Below are positions 1 to 4,475 of a stretch of 4,475 bases of DNA, piece by piece. Made by a program: the position numbers and the translations under genes. The stretch lies in the IMG/VR virus record IMGVR_UViG_2565956708_000012; one strand, 5' to 3'. The notes under the pieces are model-generated. The model was given only the letters and a program-made list of their open reading frames with translations. It was not told the DNA's origin and made no database searches. The DNA comes from a virus (lineage: Duplodnaviria > Heunggongvirae > Uroviricota > Caudoviricetes). The number at the start of each line of letters is the position of its first letter. Within the stretch, counting starts at the first letter, position 1.

Positions 1-186
1 CTTTACAAAGCGGAGGTAATACACCGTAAGAGCTGGAAAAACCGTGCAGAAGTGGAACTGGCCACACTCACGTGGGTGGACTGGTATAACAATCGACGAT
101 TGCTGGAAAGGCTGGGCCATACTCCTCCGGCAGAAGCAGAAAAAGCTTATTATGCTTCCATCGGAAACGATGATCTGGCAGCCTGA
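1..186 (+). CDS. IS3-family transposase OrfB (integrase/rve domain), C-terminal fragment
   Basis: Open frame from window start to TGA at 184..186, translating as LYKAEVIHRKSWKNRAEVELATLTWVDWYNNRRLLERLGHTPPAEAEKAYYASIGNDDLAA. The WxxWYNxxRxHxxLGxxPPAE motif is a typical C-terminal signature of IS3-family OrfB. Confidence 0.85.
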   Translation, partial: LYKAEVIHRKSWKNRAEVELATLTWVDWYNNRRLLERLGHTPPAEAEKAYYASIGNDDLAA

Positions 187-228
187 GTTCACAGATAAAA
201 CACTCTCCAGGAAACCCGGGGCGGTTCA
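1..228 (+). mobile_element. IS3-family insertion sequence (IS629/IS1203-like), right end, 5'-truncated by window edge
   Basis: Frame-1 translation of 1..186 gives an IS3-family OrfB C-terminus, and the element ends at ...CCCGGGGCGGTTCA (228). The last 25 bp (204..228) are the inverted complement of 4382..4406, matching 23/25. The IS629 name is from memory, not a search. Confidence 0.85.
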
Positions 229-462
229 GAGTAGCTTACGAAGCTTACCATCAGCGGCAACCATGTTCATATGAACACAGTTGAATTTGCTAATCTGCTT
301 CATGAGTTTTGTTTGCTGCGTTGACCAGCTCATTCCGAGGTTTTCAACGATTGGCTTCATCGCAACATATGCAACTCCGGCAGCCATGGCGGTGATAATT
401 TGCTGACCGTTGAATGGCACGTAAGAGGTGTTCACTGCTTCTAAAATTGCTATACTATTCAT
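226..462 (-). pseudogene. ant: Antirepressor (Ant/AntA-like) N-terminal fragment, 3'-truncated by the IS insertion
   Basis: ATG at 462..460 sits 9 nt after a GGAG (complement of 473..476). The 78 native codons ([44 protein letters not shown]...) resemble an AntA-type antirepressor N-terminus. The frame ends in a TGA formed by the IS terminus (complement of 226..228), and Ant proteins are normally several-fold longer. The 528 GTG start in the ORF track is an unsupported upstream extension. Confidence 0.55.
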
Positions 463-545
463 GTTGGTTTTTCTCCACGGATTTACCGACAACCGAAGCC
501 CTGACTGTTCCAGCAGTTGGGGCTTCACTGTTTTGATTTCTTTGC
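463..545 (+). ncRNA. Putative sar-like antisense RNA covering the ant ribosome-binding site
   Basis: Extended -10 TGcTATACT at 448..456 on the + strand predicts a start near 463. The transcript would be complementary to the ant SD and start region and end at the 495..526 hairpin plus T-rich tract. This is inferred from sequence and the P22 sar paradigm only. Confidence 0.25.
495..545 (+). terminator. Hairpin with downstream T-rich tract (intrinsic terminator candidate, + strand)
   Basis: A 13-bp stem (495..507 pairing with 514..526, two G-U wobbles, loop ttccag) is followed by actgTTTTgaTTTcTTT at 527..545. The T tract exists only in the + orientation. Confidence 0.35.
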
Positions 546-694
546 CGCATCAAGCATCACTTCTGAAAACGTGCGCTTGCCACTGAATACTCTTTCTCTT
601 CTCAATTTTTCGTTCGTGCCAAATGATTCGCCATGAACAAAATTTGGTCTTAAAATGGTAATCGCAATCTCTTTGACTACTGCATCCAAGCGAA

Positions 695-847
695 TCACAC
701 CGTTACCCCCTCTCTCTTCAGGCTGTCTATCAGGCGCTTGATAACCTCTGAGTTAAACGACCTGCACTCTTCCTTTGCCCTGCTACCGATAGCATCCTTT
801 AACGACTGCGGCATCCTTACCAAAATCTTACTTATTTCTTTCTCCAT
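695..847 (-). CDS. arc: Arc-like ribbon-helix-helix transcriptional repressor (50 aa)
   Basis: ATG at 847..845 follows GGAGGG with a 5-nt spacer. The product MEKEISKILVRMPQSLKDAIGSRAKEECRSFNSEVIKRLIDSLKREGVTV fits the Arc/MetJ RHH pattern (basic beta-strand xVRMPxxL, then RSxNSE helix) and P22 Arc length. It lies upstream of and co-oriented with the ant fragment. The 883 start in the ORF track is an unsupported extension. Confidence 0.7.
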   Translation of the reverse strand: MEKEISKILVRMPQSLKDAIGSRAKEECRSFNSEVIKRLIDSLKREGVTV

Positions 848-961
848 GTTACCCTCCACGCAAACAACTCTTTTCGAATACAAAAGATAGCAAAGTGAGT
901 ATATCTAGTCAAAATTTTTTTGCATACACTTTGCTATCAAATTGAATACCAAAGGTGTTAT
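848..961. promoter_or_regulatory. Divergent promoter/operator region between the arc-like and mnt-like genes
   Basis: 114-bp intergenic region. On the minus strand, a candidate -35 TTGACT (912..907) and -10 TATCTT (889..884) with a 17-bp spacer face the arc-like gene. On the plus strand, TTGCAT (920..925) is a possible -35, but the matching -10 is unclear. The region contains the inverted repeat listed next. Confidence 0.45.
886..938. promoter_or_regulatory. Perfect 12-bp inverted repeat GATAGCAAAGTG ... CACTTTGCTATC (candidate RHH operator half-sites)
   Basis: 886..897 and 927..938 are exact reverse complements, with centres about 41 bp apart. The left copy overlaps the predicted -10 of the minus-strand promoter. 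Confidence 0.5.
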
Positions 962-1210
962 ATGGCAAAGGGTGTGTCAATTTCTCCAACTACGGTAAGA
1001 ATCCCTGAATCTTTACGCGAGGCTCTTGCTGTCAGAGCATCAAAAAATGGTCGCTCTGTTAACTCCGAGATCGTCATGATTTTGCAAGCCGCGATTGATG
1101 AAGATAGGTCGCCAAAGTCAGTTGAGTCATTTGCTCAGCAAGAAGCTGATAAATTCAAAGAGGCGCTACTTGAGACGCTAAAGACCATGTATGCTAAGGA
1201 TGAAAAATAA
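962..1210 (+). CDS. mnt: Mnt-like ribbon-helix-helix repressor (82 aa)
   Basis: ATG at 962 is preceded by AAAGG. The product MAKGVSISPTTVRIPESLREALAVRASKNGRSVNSEIVMILQAAID... has an N-terminal RHH (GRSVNSE motif) and a C-terminal helical tail ending ...LETLKTMYAKDEK, the same size and architecture as P22 Mnt as I recall it. It is divergent from arc. The 920 TTG start in the ORF track is an unsupported extension. Confidence 0.6.
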   Translation: MAKGVSISPTTVRIPESLREALAVRASKNGRSVNSEIVMILQAAIDEDRSPKSVESFAQQEADKFKEALLETLKTMYAKDEK

Positions 1211-1746
1211 TGCTGCACACAATTCATTTCTTATGCCCTGTTAACACTGCCACTGTTGGGCAACTTCAGAACCACTGTCTCACCGCATTATCTCAAGGCG
1301 CAACTGAATTAAATATCCATATATCAAGTCAGGGAGGGGAAACTGCTGCTGGCTTTACTGCGTATAACTTTCTTAAGTCACTCCCTGTTACCGTTAGAAC
1401 TCACAACATAAGCAATGTTGAATCCATAGCTAATATCGTTTTCCTGGCTGGCTCAGAACGTTTCGCAAACCCATTATCAAGATTCCTGTTACATCCTCTA
1501 TTATGGTGCTTTGCCTCCCCAGCCGCCGACCATGCCAGATTGAGAGAGTACGGGAAATGCCTCGATAACGATCTTGATCGCTTCGTTGAGACGTTCAATA
1601 TCGACATCGGAACCCATATTAGGTGGGCATCCCTGATAGCAGACTCGACCATTTTGGATGCTAACAAGGCTCTTGAGCATGGCATAATTAATTCCATAAA
1701 AACTGCAAGGCTGGCATCCAATCAGGCAAACTGGTGGGTTGTTTGA
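1210..1746 (+). CDS. ClpP-fold (peptidase S14-like) serine protease homologue, 178 aa
   Basis: The start overlaps the upstream stop (TAATG at 1208..1212). By eye the translation aligns with E. coli ClpP: NIHISSQGGETAAGFTAY vs YINSPGGVITAGMSIYD, SNVESIANIVFLAG vs GQAASMGAFLLTAG, LLHPL vs MIHQP, and LEHGIINSI vs VEYGLVDSIL. Candidate Ser/His/Asp triad positions are occupied. It lacks the ClpP N-terminal segment. Confidence 0.6.
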   Translation: MLHTIHFLCPVNTATVGQLQNHCLTALSQGATELNIHISSQGGETAAGFTAYNFLKSLPVTVRTHNISNVESIANIVFLAGSERFANPLSRFLLHPLLWCFASPAADHARLREYGKCLDNDLDRFVETFNIDIGTHIRWASLIADSTILDANKALEHGIINSIKTARLASNQANWWVV

Positions 1747-1777
1747 TGGGTAAATCATGATTACTCCTTATAAAAAA

Positions 1778-1796
1778 CCCACCTGACGGTGGGTTT
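1778..1796. terminator. Bidirectional intrinsic terminator between convergent genes
   Basis: aaaaaaCCCACCtgacGGTGGGttt: a 6-bp GC-rich stem (1778..1783 with 1788..1793) and 4-nt loop, flanked by an A tract upstream and a T tract downstream. It sits between the ClpP-like stop (1746) and the YafO-like stop (1795..1797). Confidence 0.6.
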
Positions 1797-2244
1797 AGTC
1801 AAACATAGTGTTTCTAAAGTCTCTCGCATACCCTGCTAACACTCTCATTCTATTATGATTGTTAGCAGACATGTGAGCTACAGGATGAAAAAGAGCAATC
1901 AATGAATACCTGTTCTCATCAAAAAGATTTTGTGCATAAACGAGAGCGGTATTGGATGTTTTATGCCACTGCAACTTTTGCGGTGTGCTGATATCTGTGC
2001 CATTTTTTATTGGCTCAAATTTATTTTCACCAATTGCTAAATGAAGGTGCATAAGGCCTGCATCTTCAATATCAGGAGGTCGATGATAAGAGGTGTCTCT
2101 GCCAAAATAGCTGGGCAACGTTCCCGTAGACTTGTAGATGATAAAATCATCTACAAGTGTTTGTTTTAAATCAGGAAACTCAACAAAAACCGGGGAGAAA
2201 AAATAGTCAAAACTATCCTGATTATATTCCACGGTTACTTGCAT
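1795..2244 (-). CDS. YafO-family toxin (ribosome-dependent mRNA interferase family), 149 aa
   Basis: ATG at 2244..2242 follows GAGG with a 6-nt spacer. The translation aligns with E. coli YafO as I recall it: DFIIYKSTGTLPSYFGRDTSY vs DFISYKRDGVLPDIFGRDALY, HLHLAIGEN vs HIHLANEN, ALVYAQNLFDENRYSLIALFHP vs HLVYCQGAFDEQAWLLIAILKP, and a C-terminal NNHNRMR...ARDFR vs DNNQMHK...AEAFR. Confidence 0.7.
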   Translation of the reverse strand: MQVTVEYNQDSFDYFFSPVFVEFPDLKQTLVDDFIIYKSTGTLPSYFGRDTSYHRPPDIEDAGLMHLHLAIGENKFEPIKNGTDISTPQKLQWHKTSNTALVYAQNLFDENRYSLIALFHPVAHMSANNHNRMRVLAGYARDFRNTMFD

Positions 2245-2252
2245 GTTTTACC

Positions 2253-2819
2253 TCAGTGGAAGTTACCAGAGTGAAACACACGAGTCCCGTGCTCAGCAAG
2301 CGCACGCAAACCAGCCATATCTACGGAACTATCAAAAACAACCGGAACACATGAGCGTTGTTTAATAAGACTATTCAGGTTGGTTACGGCAGATCTGGCA
2401 TCAGCAACAACGATATAGATATCTCTTGCGATCTCTTTAAAATCAGCAGAAGCTTCTTTGAATACCGATTTCATTGCCCCTTCAAGTCCTCTCAATTGAT
2501 GCTCTATCAATCGAGACTTTTCTGGTTCAATGATAGACAACACATTGTCTACATTCTCATCGGTAGCGTTTGCAAGAACACGATAAGCGTATTTCAGCAT
2601 TCGAGACAATTCTTTAATCGAAGACACCGCCTCATGAAGCTCATCATTAGCCCGTTCACTGCTGAATGAGGATTGATGGTAAGCGTGCTGAACGTTATCA
2701 GTAACAACCACCTCACAACTGAACGCAGAAGCTTGCTGTAATAGCAAACCTATTGCGACTCCAGCTTTGGCAGCGTTCAAGCTAAACATTTCATCAATCC
2801 CATTAGTCTCATTGCTCAT
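2253..2819 (-). CDS. Hypothetical protein (188 aa), upstream operon partner of the YafO-family toxin; putative non-canonical antitoxin or regulator
   Basis: ATG at 2819..2817 is preceded by AGGAGG with a 5-nt spacer. The stop at 2255..2253 lies 8 bp before the YafO-like ATG. I recognise no family. The TTG start at 2849 in the ORF track is less likely than the RBS-supported ATG. Confidence 0.55.
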   Translation of the reverse strand: MSNETNGIDEMFSLNAAKAGVAIGLLLQQASAFSCEVVVTDNVQHAYHQSSFSSERANDELHEAVSSIKELSRMLKYAYRVLANATDENVDNVLSIIEPEKSRLIEHQLRGLEGAMKSVFKEASADFKEIARDIYIVVADARSAVTNLNSLIKQRSCVPVVFDSSVDMAGLRALAEHGTRVFHSGNFH

Positions 2820-2886
2820 ACAAACCTCCTTCTTATCGGAGATTATCAATAGCTATGCATCCATTGAATACACGCTATGCGCAATA

Positions 2887-2915
2887 AGTTTACGTCACGT
2901 GATATCATTATGCAA
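2887..2915 (-). promoter_or_regulatory. Candidate sigma70 promoter for the partner/YafO operon, with a palindrome in the spacer
   Basis: On the minus strand, -35 TTGCAT (2915..2910), a 17-bp spacer, and -10 TAAACT (2892..2887). The spacer contains the palindrome TCACGTGA (2895..2902) overlapping GATATC (2901..2906). Confidence 0.35.
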
Positions 2916-2994
2916 CCACCGTTCTATCACCGACTAACTTTACTCCCACTCCTATACATCATCTGGTATCCTGCGCAAAACTAAGGAGGTTGGT

Positions 2995-3345
2995 GTGAAT
3001 GCTCAGTCTGTCATCATGGTTTTCCTTGGGCTGATTGTCGCAAAACTATATCCAGACTGGTGGAAAGGGGCATTAGCTACTGTCGCCATCTATTTGCTTT
3101 TATCCATCGTTAAGCGATCACTCGCTGAGACCGTAAATCAAGCAAAACGTTTCTCATTTAAGAGTTTAATAAACTATGTTACTGGGCTTATTTTTTGCCT
3201 TTCAATTCTGATCGCTTCGGCTTTTTTGCCCGTATCAATAGCTAATTTTTTTGGCGCACCATATGAGGTAGGTTATCTATTCTCTGTTTCCTGTCTTGCC
3301 ATTGCTCTTCTTTACCTGTGGACGAGATCAAAGAATAAAAATTAG
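2995..3345 (+). CDS. Small integral membrane protein, 116 aa, about four predicted transmembrane helices
   Basis: GTG start at 2995 is preceded by a strong AAGGAGG (2983..2989) with a 5-nt spacer. The translation has four hydrophobic stretches (about residues 5-19, 25-39, 58-78, 92-109) separated by short charged loops, with a basic C-terminus. The gene is AT-rich relative to the flanks and divergent from the partner/YafO operon. Confidence 0.6.
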   Translation: MNAQSVIMVFLGLIVAKLYPDWWKGALATVAIYLLLSIVKRSLAETVNQAKRFSFKSLINYVTGLIFCLSILIASAFLPVSIANFFGAPYEVGYLFSVSCLAIALLYLWTRSKNKN

Positions 3346-3362
3346 CCATCCGTGGCTGCCAG

Positions 3363-4381
3363 TTATTGAGCTTCTTTTTGTGATGCCTGTGCGACTCTGG
3401 TGAGCGATTGTGTGACCGTACTGATCGCTCTGTCATATGCTGTGCTACCTTTTGGCGTATTTGCCAGACGTAACAAGGCATTTCGTATAACAGGGCTTTC
3501 GTATGCCTTCGCAGCTCCTCCTACGACACCAGCAGCAGGAACAACAAACGCAGCCGTTTTTAGCATCCCCGCTAATACTGCTGCGTTTATGATGCCACCA
3601 CCAACTAACAATCCATAAAGCTGCTGACCATTTAAGTTTTGAACGTTCGCTTTTGCCGCGTGTCTTGTATCGTTGAGGTATTTAATAACGCCGTCCAGTT
3701 CCTTTCCATGTACGCCTTTAAAGAAAGTTGCTGATTGCTTCCTGTTCCGGTGTAACGCATTAATAAACTTTTCAACACTAATATTTCCAGACGGATCAGT
3801 CGCCTTATCTACAGCATTCTGAACTATGGCTGCTCGTGCGTTTTGCCTACCATTGTCATCCAGAAGCCTGTAAAGCTGAGAACGTTCTGATGGGTTTTGG
3901 CTAAAAACGAGTTTTGTTACATCCTCAGGTGTAGCCTTGCCGCTGGCTATTGCCTTTTGAACGCGCGTTCTTCCCATCATGTCATTGAATCTAGCCCATG
4001 AGCGATCAACCCTAGACATATTGGCAGCTTCTTCTGAGCCTAGTTTTTGGGATACTGCTTTTTTCATATCCGCTGTATATGCCTTGTAGACAATATCGCT
4101 GGCTTTCTGGAGCGTGTCTTTATCAACAGTCTCGTTTGAATTCATGAACCGCTTTCGAAGGTCAGTTCTGTTTTCTCTCGCCAGACGCAGGTCATTGGGT
4201 CCGCTGGTGATATCGTCTTTAAATTGCTGCAAGACTTTTACCGCGGCTCTATCCTGAGATTTGCCCGGGCGGCTTAACACGGCAATCTGATTGTCGATAG
4301 CTTTTACCGTGTTTGAGAGATCGACAGGGGTATCCCCCATAGCGTCAATTATGCGGTTATATCGCTTTCCTGCTGCCTCAA
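3363..4381 (-). pseudogene. Large protein, 5'-truncated by IS insertion; possibly a phage DNA-ejection/internal protein (gp16-like by synteny)
   Basis: The minus-strand frame is open from the TAA stop (complement of 3363..3365) through the IS junction at 4381/4382 and on to a stop inside the IS. The first ATG (4340) has no SD. The product has a glycine-rich hydrophobic segment (LLVGGGIINAAVLAGMLKTAAFVVPAAGVVGGAAKA). The gp16-like call rests only on its position relative to mnt. Confidence 0.4.
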
Positions 4382-4475
4382 TGAACCGCCCCGGGAATCC
4401 TGGAGACTAAACTTCCTGAGAAAGAGGTAAACAGGATGACTAAAAATACTCGTTTTTCCCCCGAAGTCCGTCAAC
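4382..4475 (+). mobile_element. IS3-family insertion sequence (IS629/IS1203-like), left end, truncated by window edge
   Basis: Terminus TGAACCGCCCCGGGAATCCTGGAGA (4382..4406) is the inverted repeat of 204..228. It is followed by an RBS (GAGG) and the orfA start. It has the same orientation as the copy at 1..228. Confidence 0.85.
4436..4475 (+). CDS. IS3-family transposase OrfA, N-terminal fragment (MTKNTRFSPEVRQ...)
   Basis: ATG at 4436 is 7 nt after AGAGG. The N-terminus MTKNTRFSPEVRQ is the characteristic start of IS3-family OrfA (helix-turn-helix protein) of the IS629 group, from memory. Confidence 0.8.
   Translation, partial: MTKNTRFSPEVRQ

Noticed and set aside
44-274. 76-aa + strand ORF from the six-frame track
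   Set aside because: It lies in an alternative frame inside the transposase orfB C-terminus and runs across the IS right end into flanking DNA. It has no RBS and is an overlap artefact.
463-528. N-terminal extension of the ant-like ORF to a GTG at 528 (100-aa version)
   Set aside because: The ATG at 462 has a correctly spaced GGAG and begins with MNSIAILE, which looks like a true Ant-type N-terminus. The extension has no SD and would place the hairpin at 495..526 inside coding sequence.
848-961. Extended starts of the arc-like (883) and mnt-like (920, TTG) ORFs
   Set aside because: Internal ATGs at 847 and 962 have good RBSs and give proteins of canonical RHH-repressor length. The extensions would cover the divergent promoter and operator repeat.
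1401-1758. Two minus-strand ORFs (106 aa and 85 aa) antisense to the ClpP-like gene
   Set aside because: They overlap the better-supported plus-strand gene entirely, have no RBS, and their translations look low-complexity and unlike any protein. They are typical antisense shadow ORFs.
2157-2669. Plus-strand ORFs of 65 aa and 103 aa antisense to the YafO-like and partner genes
   Set aside because: They are embedded antisense within two tightly linked, RBS-supported minus-strand genes, with no SD and no recognisable product.
3344-3357. Small hairpin AGCCA-tccg-TGGCT between the convergent membrane-protein and large-ORF stops
   Set aside because: The stem is only 5 bp and overlaps the stop codon of the membrane-protein gene. 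A T-rich run follows on the minus strand, but this is too weak to call a terminator with confidence.
3242-3618. ORFs at 3242..3481 (minus, 79 aa) and 3400..3618 (plus, 72 aa)
   Set aside because: The first overlaps the 3' end of the membrane-protein gene and the stop region of the large ORF in another frame. The second is antisense within the large ORF and translates to a proline/alanine-rich low-complexity peptide. Neither has an RBS.
229-4381. CRISPR array, tRNA or rRNA genes, or integrase/attachment site
   Set aside because: I looked for regularly spaced direct repeats, cloverleaf-compatible segments and recombinase-like ORFs and found none. The only mobile-element signatures are the two IS ends.

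Overview
The window is a ~4.15 kb accessory block (229..4381) bracketed by two directly oriented copies of an IS3-family element that I recognise from memory as IS629/IS1203-like: the right end with the orfB C-terminus at 1..228, and the left end with the orfA start at 4382..4475. The two 25-bp termini are visibly inverted repeats of each other. The cargo looks like the immI-type immunity region of a P22-like prophage plus adjacent accessory genes. It contains an antirepressor (ant-like) gene cut off by the first IS copy, an Arc-like ribbon-helix-helix (RHH) gene, and a divergent Mnt-like RHH gene whose stop overlaps (TAATG) the start of a 178-aa ClpP-fold protein. Convergent on these is a YafO-family toxin gene preceded by an atypical 188-aa partner, then a divergent 116-aa four-helix membrane protein, and finally a large minus-strand ORF cut off at its 5' end by the second IS copy (possibly a gp16-type ejection protein). 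The best candidates for something undescribed are the Mnt-like/ClpP-like coupled pair and the partner/YafO pair. All protein calls rest on reading the translations and recalling family sequences; no database search was run, so family assignments are unverified.
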